NCBI GenBank assembly: GCA_963730935.1
Contig: CAVSTP010000003.1
Location: 352,001-416,000, forward strand
Direction of reading: 5' to 3'
Length of the DNA: 64,000 nt
From: an uncultured Nitrospiraceae bacterium
GTDB taxonomy: Bacteria > Nitrospirota > Nitrospiria > Nitrospirales > Nitrospiraceae
Shown here: positions 39,390-49,420 of the stretch, one piece after another
How the letters are laid out: every line of letters begins with the position of its first letter
Position numbering within the stretch: position 1 is the first letter of the stretch
Notes under the pieces: generated by a model
Told to the model about the DNA's origin: nothing
The model's input: the letters and a program-made list of their open reading frames with translations, nothing else
Database searches by the model: none
Translations under genes and position numbers: made by a program

Positions 39390-40493
39390 TTACATCAGAG
39401 GGTCGAAACGCAAGCCGTGCGCCTCTGCCACGCCGCGGCAGGTCACTTTCCCTTGAGAGAGGTTCACACCCTTCGCCAATCCCGCATTGGTACGCACAGC
39501 GACATCAACGCCGGAAGCCGCCAAGGTCAAAAGATACGGCAAGGTTGCGTTGGTTAATGCCTGAGTGGACGTGCGCGGCACAATGCCGGGCATGTTGGCG
39601 ACGCAATAGTGCAGCACGCCTTCCATTATATAAGTCGGATCCGAATGGGTGGTCGGCCGGCTGGTTTCAATACAGCCGCCTTGATCCACCGCCACATCCA
39701 CGATGACCGATTTGGGTTTCATTTTGCCGACGAGCGTGCGCGAGACGAGCTTCGGCGCCCGGGCGCCCGGCACCAGCACGGCGCCGATCAGCAGATCCGC
39801 CGTGATCACATGTTCCTCGATCGCGGCTTGCGTCGATGCCCGCGTGACGATTCGGCCTTGATAGAGATCATCGAGGTACCGCAGCCGCTCGATGTCGAGA
39901 TTGATGACCGTCACTTGCGCGCCCATGCCGACGGCGATTCTAGTCGCCGCGCTGCCGACCGTTCCCGCGCCCAACACCACCACCTTGGCCGGCTCGACGC
40001 CGGCGACGCCGCCTAACAGTAATCCCCGCCCGCCCTGCGTGGCTTCCAGGTAGCGGGCGCCGACCTGCACCGACATCTTCCCGGCAATCTCGCTCATCGG
40101 CTTCAACATCGGCAGCGTGCCGTCCTTCGCCTCAATCGTTTCGTAGGCGATGGCCGTGATGCCGACTTCCAACAGCGCTTTGGTCAGTTCTGCTGACGAG
40201 GCCAAGTGGAGGTAGGTGAACAGCACCTGGCCGGGACGAAAGAGGCGGGTTTCCGAGAGCTGCGGCTCCTTGACCTTGACGATCAACGCGGCGTCCTTGA
40301 ACAGGACCTCTTTGGAAGGCGCAATCTTGGCGCCGGCCTGTCGATACTGCTCGTCGGCATACCCGCTGCCGACGCCGGCTGAAGGCTCGACGAGGACCTC
40401 GTGACCGGCGTGGCGGAGCGCCTGCACCCCGTCAGGCGTCACGCTCACCCGATATTCGTGGTCTTTGATTTCCTTCGGCACTCCGATGATCAT
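39390..40493 (-). CDS. ald: Alanine dehydrogenase
   Basis: [44 protein letters not shown]. Confidence 0.96.
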   Translation of the reverse strand: MIIGVPKEIKDHEYRVSVTPDGVQALRHAGHEVLVEPSAGVGSGYADEQYRQAGAKIAPSKEVLFKDAALIVKVKEPQLSETRLFRPGQVLFTYLHLASSAELTKALLEVGITAIAYETIEAKDGTLPMLKPMSEIAGKMSVQVGARYLEATQGGRGLLLGGVAGVEPAKVVVLGAGTVGSAATRIAVGMGAQVTVINLDIERLRYLDDLYQGRIVTRASTQAAIEEHVITADLLIGAVLVPGARAPKLVSRTLVGKMKPKSVIVDVAVDQGGCIETSRPTTHSDPTYIMEGVLHYCVANMPGIVPRTSTQALTNATLPYLLTLAASGVDVAVRTNAGLAKGVNLSQGKVTCRGVAEAHGLRFDPLM

Positions 40494-40660
40494 GACGTCC
40501 CTCTCTTCCGCCCAACGCGCGATCTTTACCTATTGTATCGAGAGATGTGCAGAAAGAGAACTGATGCCGCAGAAGCTGCCGCGCGCGGTGGACAGTGCGC
40601 GGAGGGGTGTTGTAAGATTTGCCCCTCGCATCGCGGGTCAACGAGCCAGAGGAGGCCAGG

Positions 40661-41044
40661 ATGGTTGCAGGAGCCGGATCGTGTAATGCGTGCGGGACCG
40701 CAGGAACTGCGCTAATGAAATTGTCCCTCGGAAAAGACTTTTTCGGCCGCGCCTACGATCGTCTCTCGCCCTCCAGCGACCAGAGTCCCAAGTGGTATTG
40801 CGAGGCCTGTTCCATGCAGAAAAACCTGCAGCGCGATTTTCGGGACATCCGGACCGAATTCGACAAACTGACTGCCGGCCAAGCCTCTGAGCTCTCGATA
40901 ACCGAAACGTTTCAGCGCGCCGCGCTCCGGCTGAGGGAAATTGCCGCCATCCTTGACGCGACGAGCAGCCAGTCGCCGTTTCTTGCGGCGCAGGATGTGG
41001 CTCAGTTGATCGGACGCTTCCAAACCACGACCATGCAAGCCTGA
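40661..41044 (+). CDS. Hypothetical protein with two CxxC motifs
   Basis: GAGGAGG RBS before ATG 40661; CNAC and CEAC. Confidence 0.7.
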   Translation: MVAGAGSCNACGTAGTALMKLSLGKDFFGRAYDRLSPSSDQSPKWYCEACSMQKNLQRDFRDIRTEFDKLTAGQASELSITETFQRAALRLREIAAILDATSSQSPFLAAQDVAQLIGRFQTTTMQA

Positions 41045-41061
41045 CAACACCGGACTCACCC

Positions 41062-41418
41062 TTGCCGCCGTTCAAACGTCATATTTTCATTTGCATCAAC
41101 CAGCGCCCGAAAGACGACCCGCGCGGCTGCTGCGCCGACCGGGGGTCAGAAAAGCTCCACGCCCATTTCAAGAGCGAAACGAAACGCCTGAATCTCAAGG
41201 GGTTGGTGCGCGCGAACAAGGCCGGGTGCCTCGACCATTGCGACCTGGGTCCCAGCGTCGTGATCTATCCTGAAGGAGTCTGGTACTGGGTAGGCAATGA
41301 AGCCGATGTCACAGAAATCATGGAACGGCATATTCTGAAGGGCGAAATCGTGACCCGTTTGCTCATGCCGGATCATCCCGCGCCGACCGCGCTACTTCCC
41401 CTGCACTCCCTGCGCTAA
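41062..41418 (+). CDS. Thioredoxin-like [2Fe-2S] ferredoxin
   Basis: HIFIC..R..GCC..AGCLDHC..GP.VVIYPEGVWY. Confidence 0.9.
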   Translation: MPPFKRHIFICINQRPKDDPRGCCADRGSEKLHAHFKSETKRLNLKGLVRANKAGCLDHCDLGPSVVIYPEGVWYWVGNEADVTEIMERHILKGEIVTRLLMPDHPAPTALLPLHSLR

Positions 41419-41425
41419 GGACCAG

Positions 41426-41839
41426 ATGGCGACGGAAGACAAATGGAAGGCCAACCTCGCGAAGGTGGCCTTTATGAAGCAGTTTCCAGGATTGCTCGGT
41501 TCATGGGAAGCCTTGAAAGGCAAAACCATTGAAGCGGTGATTCCGCTCAAGGGCAAGCAAGGTGCTGCCGCGATCATTTGCAGTGACGGGACGTTCACCG
41601 TGGCTCCGCCGATGGCCGCTGAGCCTTACGAACTCGGCGAGACGTTGACCGCCGGGCGTTCGCTGTTGGAAATCAAGCACGCTCACGCGTATCAGGAGTA
41701 CGACCGGCTGGCGAAGAACGACAAGGATGCGCTGAGGCAGGCGCGTCTCGAAAAAATCATCGGCGCCATCGAAAACAATCTGGAGCAGATACCGGAATTA
41801 AAAGAACGGCTGAAAGCGCTCGTGAAGGAGTGGCCGTGA
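41426..41839 (+). CDS. Hypothetical protein
   Basis: AAGGA RBS; tightly packed in the operon. Confidence 0.7.
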   Translation: MATEDKWKANLAKVAFMKQFPGLLGSWEALKGKTIEAVIPLKGKQGAAAIICSDGTFTVAPPMAAEPYELGETLTAGRSLLEIKHAHAYQEYDRLAKNDKDALRQARLEKIIGAIENNLEQIPELKERLKALVKEWP

Positions 41840-42135
41840 GCAGCATCCCCAAGAAGAACATGTTTGAGATCTTCTCGCAAGGTCTCTTTGAAGGAGTCAA
41901 ACCCATGATGATCATTCGCGACCACCTGGTCCGTCACCCCGACCGCTGCACGCATCAAGCGGTCTGCGTTCCGATTTGCCCGACCGGGGCCTGGTTGTCC
42001 ACTCCGCCTTATAAGTTCGACGCCGCCCGCTGCCTCGAAAGTTGCCGCCTGTGCCTCGATGCCTGCCCCTCACACGCGATCTTCGGCGTGTTCAGAAAAG
42101 GCGACAAGCTGCTTGAGCCGCAAAAGAAGTCATAG
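41836..42135 (+). CDS. Dicluster-type ferredoxin with one incomplete Cys motif
   Basis: CTHQAVCVPICP and CLESCRLCLDACP; GTGA overlap. Confidence 0.8.
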   Translation: MSSIPKKNMFEIFSQGLFEGVKPMMIIRDHLVRHPDRCTHQAVCVPICPTGAWLSTPPYKFDAARCLESCRLCLDACPSHAIFGVFRKGDKLLEPQKKS

Positions 42136-42210
42136 CAGCGATCTCACGATTCCGATTGCGCCACCCGTACGATTCTTCCCCGGCGCGCCTACTTCCCTAG
42201 CGTGCGATAG

Positions 42211-43248
42211 CTAGGTCAAGTATTTCCGCAGTCGGCCCCAGTAGGCTGTCCCTGTATACGCGCAGGCGCCAGTGAGAATGGTCAACGCCATCATGCCGTA
42301 GACTCTCGCGCGGGAAATCTTAATCTTGACGGAGGGATTCAGGACATCGGGCGACGTGCGTACCAGTCTCAATGATTCTCCGGCCGAGAGGATCGGCCAC
42401 ATGCAGGAGAGTCGCAGTCTGGTTTCGTAACGCGGAATGGCCATGGTGTAGAGCCAACCCTGGTCGAGATGGTCGACGGCCATCCGGATGAGCTGGTTGA
42501 GTACAGGCCGAAAGCGAGGCAGATTTCCGGCGTCGAGCAAATCACGAGGTTTTAATCCGTGTTCAGCCAGCATCGGCTCCGGGACATAGCAGCGGCCTCG
42601 CTGCAGATCGTGCGCGATGTCTTTCACCACGTTGGTCAATTGTAGCCCCTTTCCAAATCGGACGCCGACCTCGGCCATGGTCCTGACGTTCCAGGATTTC
42701 AGCCCCCGTCGGTAGGCACACATGAGATCGGTCCAGAACTCTCCGACGCAGCCGGCCACGTAGTAGGTGTATCCGTCGAGAGCATCGAGCGTCTTCAGCG
42801 CGGTCAGATCAGCGGGAGAGTTTCCCGGGAACACCGTGAGATCCATTTCCATTCCCCGCACGAGCGTCGTCATGAGCCGCTGGACGCGGCCTCGGTCTTC
42901 GGGGGGAAACTCTTGCAGCACGGCGAAGCACTCTTCCAATCGCTCGAGCAACTGCCGTTCAGACGAATCCTGTTGGACCGTGCCAACGGCCTGTTGGATC
43001 TCGCGGATCTGAGCGGAAGACACCTGATCGCTGACGAACTGGGCTTTCAACTGGCCGAGGTAATCGAGCCGGCGGGGACGGTCGATCAGCTCCGTATCGG
43101 CGATGGTATCGGCCGCTCTGGCAAACAGATAGGCCAGACTCACCTGGTCCCGCACGTCCGCCGGCACCACGGCCAACGTCGTGTAGAACAGGCGGGAGAC
43201 GCGCTTGAGGAGATCGCGCAGAAGGGCCCGTTTCGAACCATGAGAAAT
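42211..43248 (-). CDS. Squalene/phytoene synthase family protein (start uncertain, possibly ATT)
   Basis: LLKRVSRLF, AYLFARAADTIAD, YTYYVAGCVG, GLQLTNVVKD; the frame is open upstream of TTG 43176. Confidence 0.85.
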   Translation of the reverse strand: MSHGSKRALLRDLLKRVSRLFYTTLAVVPADVRDQVSLAYLFARAADTIADTELIDRPRRLDYLGQLKAQFVSDQVSSAQIREIQQAVGTVQQDSSERQLLERLEECFAVLQEFPPEDRGRVQRLMTTLVRGMEMDLTVFPGNSPADLTALKTLDALDGYTYYVAGCVGEFWTDLMCAYRRGLKSWNVRTMAEVGVRFGKGLQLTNVVKDIAHDLQRGRCYVPEPMLAEHGLKPRDLLDAGNLPRFRPVLNQLIRMAVDHLDQGWLYTMAIPRYETRLRLSCMWPILSAGESLRLVRTSPDVLNPSVKIKISRARVYGMMALTILTGACAYTGTAYWGRLRKYLT

Positions 43249-43305
43249 CGTGACGCCACCTATCTTGTCAGGAGAGACTGACGACGGCCCTGGCAGTCGC
43301 CCGCA

Positions 43306-43725
43306 TCAGCGGACTTCCAGCTTGCCTTCCATGCCTTTATCCCGATGACTCGGCAATGGCCAGAGCCGCTTATCGCAATAGATGGGGAAGGTTCCGGCTT
43401 GCATCGGGGTAAATTTCAGCAGCGCCGTCTTCCCGGCGCCCGTGTCCTGCTCAACCGAGAGACTGCCGGCCGGGTCTTTGATGATGAAATTGTGAGGAAC
43501 CAGTGTTGTGACGCTCTTCAGCGTCAGCTCAACCGGCTTGCCCTTTTCGACGATCAGATGGGCTGGTTGATAGGAGTAGCTGTCGAGGATGACGGTCGTG
43601 CGCTGCACGCCATCCGAGTCGGTCGGGACCGTAAACGGCGGGCCCATCGAAGGTTCCGCGGCAAAGGTTACGGCGGCCAGTGCAAACGACAGTCCAAGAC
43701 CCCCCGACAGGTATAGTGGTCGCAT
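43306..43725 (-). CDS. Secreted cupredoxin-domain protein
   Basis: Signal peptide; HNF ... YC..H...GM type-1 copper ligands; GGAGG RBS. Confidence 0.82.
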   Translation of the reverse strand: MRPLYLSGGLGLSFALAAVTFAAEPSMGPPFTVPTDSDGVQRTTVILDSYSYQPAHLIVEKGKPVELTLKSVTTLVPHNFIIKDPAGSLSVEQDTGAGKTALLKFTPMQAGTFPIYCDKRLWPLPSHRDKGMEGKLEVR

Positions 43726-43927
43726 ACGGACCTCCATGGATGAGAGGTTTCTAACAGGAAGAGCCGGAATCGGTCAAATTTCGCTTAGGGTTACGCGACA
43801 GGGGCGTCATCTTGACCTAATCGGAGGAAGACTTATTGTAGAGTCCTGCGTGTGTCGATGTGTATTATAATGACAGCGAGTTCACGGGCCCAAGCGGTGG
43901 AAAAGACCGCTTTGCAAGGAGGAATCG

Positions 43928-44803
43928 ATGAAGTGGATTAAAGGTATTGTACTCCTTCTGATTTCCAACCTGTTGTTCATGGTTGCGATAAACGTGATCG
44001 TGAGCTTTGTGTTGCCTTTGTTTGGCATCACATTGGGAGGCGATACGGCCTCGCTCCTCACGATGGCTTCCATCTATGGATTTACAGGCGCCTTCCTCAG
44101 CTTGGCGTTTTCCAAGCAGATGGCGCGTGCGATGCTGAGCAGCTGCCAGCAAATCACTCAGCCGCGCTCTCATGTGGAACAGATGATTTACGGATCGGTC
44201 CAGGAAATCGCACGCCGGCTGAACATCAGCATGCCGGAGGTGTGGGTGTACGAGTCTCCCGACCCCAACGCGTTTGCCACCGGTCCCACAAAGAACAACT
44301 CGATGGTGGCCGTGTCAACCGGTCTGCTCCAAAATCTGAAAGAGGACGAAGTACGCGCGGTGCTGGCTCACGAAATGGGGCACGTCTACAACGGTGACAT
44401 GTTCACGACGACTGTGCTCGCGGGCCTGATGAACACGTTCGTGTACTTTATTGCCCTGGTGGTCCGCCGCTTCTTTGCCGAGCGGGACCAGGAGGGCATG
44501 GGATTTGCGCTATCGTTTGTCGTCCAGATCGTTCTGGGCTTTCTGGCCATGATTCCCGTCATGTGGCATTCGCGGCGGCGCGAATTCGGGGCTGATGCCT
44601 TTTCCGCGAAGGTGTACGGCAAGGGAGCGATGATCTCGGCGTTGCAAGGGATCGAACGCTGGGTGTCTCGCGCGCAGATGGAGCCAAGCAGCACGGCCGA
44701 CCCGCTGGTGACATTCAAGATCGCCGGCACCAGCCATGTGATGCGTCTATTTGCATCGCATCCGACGATGGAAGAACGCATTGCCGCATTGGAACGGGGC
44801 TAA
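43928..44803 (+). CDS. htpX: Zinc metalloprotease HtpX
   Basis: PNAFATG, AVSTGLL, HEMGH, SRRREFGAD, SHP..EERI. Confidence 0.93.
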   Translation: MKWIKGIVLLLISNLLFMVAINVIVSFVLPLFGITLGGDTASLLTMASIYGFTGAFLSLAFSKQMARAMLSSCQQITQPRSHVEQMIYGSVQEIARRLNISMPEVWVYESPDPNAFATGPTKNNSMVAVSTGLLQNLKEDEVRAVLAHEMGHVYNGDMFTTTVLAGLMNTFVYFIALVVRRFFAERDQEGMGFALSFVVQIVLGFLAMIPVMWHSRRREFGADAFSAKVYGKGAMISALQGIERWVSRAQMEPSSTADPLVTFKIAGTSHVMRLFASHPTMEERIAALERG

Positions 44804-44821
44804 GGTAATCGGGAGGCTGTC

Positions 44822-45412
44822 ATGAGAACATTCATCTTCGTGCTGTCAATGATCGCAGCAGGTAGTGGACTCATGGGCGGCCTCCCCGCACAAGCGGGAC
44901 AGGAAGGACTTCTCATGGCAGCGAAGACGACCAGTCTGTATGACTTCACGATGGATGACATCGACGGCCAACCGGTCAATCTCGGCGCCTATAAAGGCAA
45001 GGTGCTGTTGGTGGTGAACACCGCGAGTCTCTGTGGGAACACGCCTCAATATTCGGATCTTGAACGGGTCTACGAGCAGTTTCACGATCAGGGCTTTGAA
45101 GTGCTGGCATTTCCCGCCAATAATTTTGGCCAGCAGGAGCCGGGCAGCAACGCCGAGATCAAAGGCTTCTGTCTGACGAAGTATAGCGTGAGCTTTCCGC
45201 TGTTCAGCAAGATCAGCGTGAAGGGATCGGACAAGCACCCGCTCTATCAATATCTGACGGAACAGAGTCCGTTCCCCGGTGAAGTGGAGTGGAATTTCCA
45301 GAAATACCTAGTCGACCGGTCCGGTCGGGTGGTGGGACGCTTTCACCATCGCACCAAGCCCCTCGCCCCTGAAGTCGTCAACGAGATCGAGCGGGTGCTG
45401 GCGGCAAAATAA
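44822..45412 (+). CDS. Glutathione peroxidase family protein (Cys-type), exported
   Basis: VNTASLCG, FPANNFGQQEPG, WNFQKYL; signal peptide. Confidence 0.9.
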   Translation: MRTFIFVLSMIAAGSGLMGGLPAQAGQEGLLMAAKTTSLYDFTMDDIDGQPVNLGAYKGKVLLVVNTASLCGNTPQYSDLERVYEQFHDQGFEVLAFPANNFGQQEPGSNAEIKGFCLTKYSVSFPLFSKISVKGSDKHPLYQYLTEQSPFPGEVEWNFQKYLVDRSGRVVGRFHHRTKPLAPEVVNEIERVLAAK

Positions 45413-45418
45413 TGACGC

Positions 45419-45703
45419 CTAGGTTCTTCTGTAAAACGCGATGTGCTCGCGGTATTCTTGAATCGCCGCGCCAAGCGCCGCGGCGCCTCTGGGGATGTTC
45501 GCTTCCAGCGTGTCCTCGATGCCTTCATCGGCGATCTCGACGTCATACCGGTCCTGAACGTTCGTCCGTACCGGTCCGGCAGTGACGTCGCGCGGCATGA
45601 AGATCTCTTTCCACACTTCCTTTTCTACCAGACAGACGTCCCTAAACCGTTCATAGAGCAATGTGAGCTTGTCCGGGTCAGTCACTCGGATTCGTGCGCC
45701 CAT
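45419..45703 (-). CDS. Hypothetical protein
   Basis: AAGGA RBS; protein-like composition. Confidence 0.65.
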   Translation of the reverse strand: MGARIRVTDPDKLTLLYERFRDVCLVEKEVWKEIFMPRDVTAGPVRTNVQDRYDVEIADEGIEDTLEANIPRGAAALGAAIQEYREHIAFYRRT

Positions 45704-45727
45704 GTGTATCCTTTGTGCGGAAAGGAA

Positions 45728-46378
45728 CTACTTTTGCACGGAAGATGGCGCAGGAGGAACAGAGTCGACGATGGAAAACCGCATGGTCCCCACTTGATTC
45801 GCCGCATGGAACGGTTGCTGTCCCAGCGGTGTGATGAAGATTTTGACCTGGTATTTTCCGACCGGCCACTTCTCTTCTTTCCGTCTCAGTTCGAGGAAAC
45901 CATACCGTTCATGACCGGGAACTTCAAGGCTGTCCTTTCCCATCGGTGCGTCGGGGAGTTTGCCTTCGACGGCTTCATGGAACCACTGGGCGCTGAACTG
46001 GGCCGGATCTTCGAGTGGCGCCACTTCGAACACGATGTAAATGGCAGGCGTGTCGGGCGTAAATACTGAAGTAGGCTCGATGGGCTTGAGTCTCGGATCT
46101 TGCGTGTACCAGCCTTTGCGTCCAAAGCTGTCCCACTCAACGTCATAGCCCTTCGCCATCTTGATCCAGGTGAAGAGCGATTGCGGGATGCCTTTTTTCT
46201 GCTCGTCGAAGGAAGGACTCTGGGTTGGATCAATTTCAGTGGTTGATTGTTCCTTGGGGGCAACCAGGTCTCTCGCGTCGGCCTCCCCGACTGCGCCGCC
46301 CAGCAGGCTGACGATTCCGACCAGACAGCCAAGCGGCCAGTGGTACCGGAATCGCGTGGGTCTTCCCGCGATGTTCAT
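45728..46378 (-). CDS. Secreted hypothetical protein with Ig-like C-terminal part
   Basis: Signal peptide; VF.PDTPAIY..W...W..G.Y.V pattern. Confidence 0.65.
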   Translation of the reverse strand: MNIAGRPTRFRYHWPLGCLVGIVSLLGGAVGEADARDLVAPKEQSTTEIDPTQSPSFDEQKKGIPQSLFTWIKMAKGYDVEWDSFGRKGWYTQDPRLKPIEPTSVFTPDTPAIYIVFEVAPLEDPAQFSAQWFHEAVEGKLPDAPMGKDSLEVPGHERYGFLELRRKEEKWPVGKYQVKIFITPLGQQPFHAANQVGTMRFSIVDSVPPAPSSVQK

Positions 46379-46480
46379 TTGAACCCCACAACCTCCTTCA
46401 TTCAACACCTATTTCATACCAGACGCAAGCCGTCTGTGATAGGTTGAGCCACCCAAGCTTTTTGCCATAAGTCGGGAAGA

Positions 46481-47845
46481 ATGAGCCTTCCGAAGTCCGT
46501 CGAACAAGACCTGAGAGAACCCAGCCGCCGTTACGGCCTTCGGGATGGCGCCTGCCAGGCCATTACCCAAGGCAGCGGCGAGCAATACCTTTCCGCCTTT
46601 GCCCTCCTGCTTGAGGCGAGTCCGTTCCAGTTGAGCGTCCTGTCTGCCCTTCCCCAACTGATCGGAACCGGTGCTCAATTGGCATCGGTCAAGCTGCTCC
46701 GATGGTTTCCGGACCGCAAGGCACTCATCCGCGCCGGCACCGCCGGCCAGGCCCTGTCCTGGCTGCCGATTCTTTTGCTGCCGCTGCTGTTCCCTGATTC
46801 CGGGCCCTTGCTGCTCATCCTGGGCACCACCTTGTACTTCGCCTGTAATCAGTTCACGACGCCCACATGGAATAGTTTCATCGCAGACCACCTGGATGAG
46901 CACGCGCGAGGCGCCTACTTCGCCCGGAGGGCGATGGTCATGGCCAGCGTCAGCTTCGCCGCGCTCTGCGTGGCGGGGTGGCTGCTCAGTCTCTGGCAAG
47001 ACCATGCATTCTCCTGGATGGGATTCGCCTTGATCTTCGCCGTGGCCGGTGCAGCGCGATGGATCTCTGCCATCGCCCTTGCCAAAGTCGAGGACCTTCA
47101 TGCGACACCGTATCTTGATACCTCACCCAGTTTCCGACGGTTCCTGGCCGGCACGAGCATCGGTTTCCGGCGGTTCCTGTTGTTCTCAGGAGCGATGCAT
47201 GCCGCCGTGCTGATTGCCGGACCGTTTTTTGTGCTCTACATGCTGCGGGATCTTCACCTGGCCTATTGGGGCTACGGCACCTGGTTGGCTGCCGGAATTC
47301 TTGGGCAACTCGTCACGTTAGCAGCGTGGGGGCGATTCGCAGATCGATTCGGGAACAAAGCACTCCTCACCGTCACCGGCTTCATGGTCCCTTTTCTCCC
47401 CATGCTGTATCTCGCCGGAACCAGTCTTCTGTTCTTGCTATTCGTCAATTTCCTCGGCGGTGTGACCTGGGGCGGGCTGGCTTTGGGACTTCAGAACTAT
47501 GTGTTTGATGCGGTGCGGCCGGAGGATCGCGCAAAAGCGGTCGCCACCTATAGCACTGTCAATGCCTTGGGATGGTGTCTCGGCGCCCTTATGGGCAGCT
47601 GGTTGGTACATATCCTGCCATCAGGGATTGCCATCGGACGGTACTCCCTCGAACTGGCTTCGAACCTTCCCCTCGTATTTTTTGTATCCGGCCTGTTGCG
47701 ACTGGCGGTTTCGGGGAGTTTTCTGAGGGGCTTTCATGAAGCCAGGACCGTTGAACAGGTGCCATTCACGCAGCTCGTGTGGGAACTGCCTCTCCTGAAG
47801 CCCCTCGCCCAATTACTGGTGGGTCCGCTCCGAGCGAGTAAATAG
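46481..47845 (+). CDS. MFS transporter
   Basis: About 12 TM; RGAYFARR, WGRFADRFGNK. Confidence 0.88.
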   Translation: MSLPKSVEQDLREPSRRYGLRDGACQAITQGSGEQYLSAFALLLEASPFQLSVLSALPQLIGTGAQLASVKLLRWFPDRKALIRAGTAGQALSWLPILLLPLLFPDSGPLLLILGTTLYFACNQFTTPTWNSFIADHLDEHARGAYFARRAMVMASVSFAALCVAGWLLSLWQDHAFSWMGFALIFAVAGAARWISAIALAKVEDLHATPYLDTSPSFRRFLAGTSIGFRRFLLFSGAMHAAVLIAGPFFVLYMLRDLHLAYWGYGTWLAAGILGQLVTLAAWGRFADRFGNKALLTVTGFMVPFLPMLYLAGTSLLFLLFVNFLGGVTWGGLALGLQNYVFDAVRPEDRAKAVATYSTVNALGWCLGALMGSWLVHILPSGIAIGRYSLELASNLPLVFFVSGLLRLAVSGSFLRGFHEARTVEQVPFTQLVWELPLLKPLAQLLVGPLRASK

Positions 47846-47857
47846 CAGATTCCGACT

Positions 47858-48064
47858 CTACGGCGAGGCGGGCTGAGCGCCCCGTTCCCGCTCTTCCTGC
47901 TTGAGTTTGTCGAAGCCATGGTCTGAATGGCCCCGGACCTGGTCGGGCGTCGGTTGCGCCATGGGCTTGGGCTCATGGCTGGAACATGCTGCGAGGATGA
48001 GAAATGCTGTCGCCCCCAGCACGATGCCGGTGGCTCTCTCCATGTGTTTCCGCTGAACAGTCAT
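47858..48064 (-). CDS. Small lipoprotein
   Basis: Strong GGAGGGAGGA RBS; LAAC lipobox. Confidence 0.65.
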   Translation of the reverse strand: MTVQRKHMERATGIVLGATAFLILAACSSHEPKPMAQPTPDQVRGHSDHGFDKLKQEERERGAQPASP

Positions 48065-48204
48065 ACACGCTCCTCCCTCCAGAACCGCTGCCGCTTACGC
48101 ATCATACTCCCACTTCGGGAGCAAAACCACCAGCATGGCTTGATTGACTGAGGCGGAATGACGCGGTATCCTCGCGGCAACCTCCGGAAGTCCAGAGATT
48201 TTCC

Positions 48205-48651
48205 ATGTCTTTGCACGATCGCCTCACCGAAGATCTGAAGCTGGCCATGAAGGCTCGCGATCAGTTGCGGATGGACGTCATCCGCATGATCAAGGCCGCC
48301 GTGCTCAACAAAGAAGTCGAGATGAAAAAAGATCTCGACGATGCGGAAATGAGCCGCATCATGACCACCATGATCAAACAGCGCAAGGAGTCCGTCGAGC
48401 AGTATGAAAAAGGCCAGCGCGCCGAACTTGCCGCAAAAGAGCGGCAGGAAATTTCCATCATCGAAGCCTACCTTCCGAAGGCCCTCTCACCAGAGGAACT
48501 CGACCGGACCGTGGATGCCGTGATCCACGAGTCGGGCGCTACCTCCGCCAAAGACATGGGTGCTGTCATGAAAGCCGTGATGGCTCGGCTTGCCGGCCAA
48601 CCGGTCGACGGCAAACAGGTCAGCGACCTCGTTCGCTCCAAGCTGAAATAG
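48205..48651 (+). CDS. GatB/YqeY domain protein
   Basis: DLKLAMKARD, KQRKES, YLP, DMGAVMK. Confidence 0.93.
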   Translation: MSLHDRLTEDLKLAMKARDQLRMDVIRMIKAAVLNKEVEMKKDLDDAEMSRIMTTMIKQRKESVEQYEKGQRAELAAKERQEISIIEAYLPKALSPEELDRTVDAVIHESGATSAKDMGAVMKAVMARLAGQPVDGKQVSDLVRSKLK

Positions 48652-48724
48652 CCGGTCACCCTCGTCTGCTATACTTGAATCCGAACTGAGGCGGCACAGG
48701 CTTAGGAGCGTACGTAGGACTTTC

Positions 48725-49363
48725 GTGAGCATTCTCATCGTTGACGATTCACCGGATCAGCAGACGCTTCTCCGCTCGATCCTGGGCAAAGCAGGCCATG
48801 CCGATGTGCTCAGCGCCGATTCCGCCAGAGCGGCCGCGCGCGTCCTGAACCTGGACGGCGATTCGGCCACGCAGAACATCGACCTCATCCTGATGGATGT
48901 GCTGATGCCGGACCAGGATGGGGTCGAAACCTGCCGCCAAATCAAACGCTGCGCCCACCTCGAGGACATTCCGGTGATCATGGTCACGGCGAAGGCCGAC
49001 TTGAGCAATCTTCAGGAGGCGTTTGCTGCCGGAGCCATGGATTTCATCAGCAAGCCGGTCAATAGCATCGAACTCTTGGCGCGGGTCGCCTCGGCGTTGC
49101 TCTTGAAGCAAGAAATGGATCGTCGCAAGAATCGTGAATTCGAGCTCCGCCGGAGCAATGAGGAATTGCAAAAAGCCCTGAAAGAAGTGAAGTCTCTGCG
49201 TGGGCTGATTCCCATTTGCGCCTCCTGCAAAAAGATTCGAAATGACGGCGGTTTCTGGCAGCAATTGGAAGAGTATCTGGCCGAGCATTTGGATGCCGAA
49301 TTCAGCCACGGCCTCTGTCAGCCCTGCATCAAAAAGCTTTATCCTGGTGTTTACCAGGATTAG
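48725..49363 (+). CDS. Response regulator with C-terminal Cys/His-rich domain
   Basis: REC (DD, D, T, KP), coiled coil, IPICASCKKIR...FSHGLCQPC. Confidence 0.88.
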   Translation: MSILIVDDSPDQQTLLRSILGKAGHADVLSADSARAAARVLNLDGDSATQNIDLILMDVLMPDQDGVETCRQIKRCAHLEDIPVIMVTAKADLSNLQEAFAAGAMDFISKPVNSIELLARVASALLLKQEMDRRKNREFELRRSNEELQKALKEVKSLRGLIPICASCKKIRNDGGFWQQLEEYLAEHLDAEFSHGLCQPCIKKLYPGVYQD

Positions 49364-49420
49364 CTGCTACGATTTCTTCATTACTGCTTCATTTCAGCCA
49401 GGCCGAGGCGATGCGCCCCC

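Noticed and set aside
43270..43308. Selenocysteine/SECIS readthrough of the cupredoxin UGA
   Set aside because: The UGA is at the natural domain end, the hairpin is weak, and fusing a secreted protein to a cytoplasmic synthase is implausible
44822..45412. Selenoprotein glutathione peroxidase
   Set aside because: The active-site codon is TGT (Cys)
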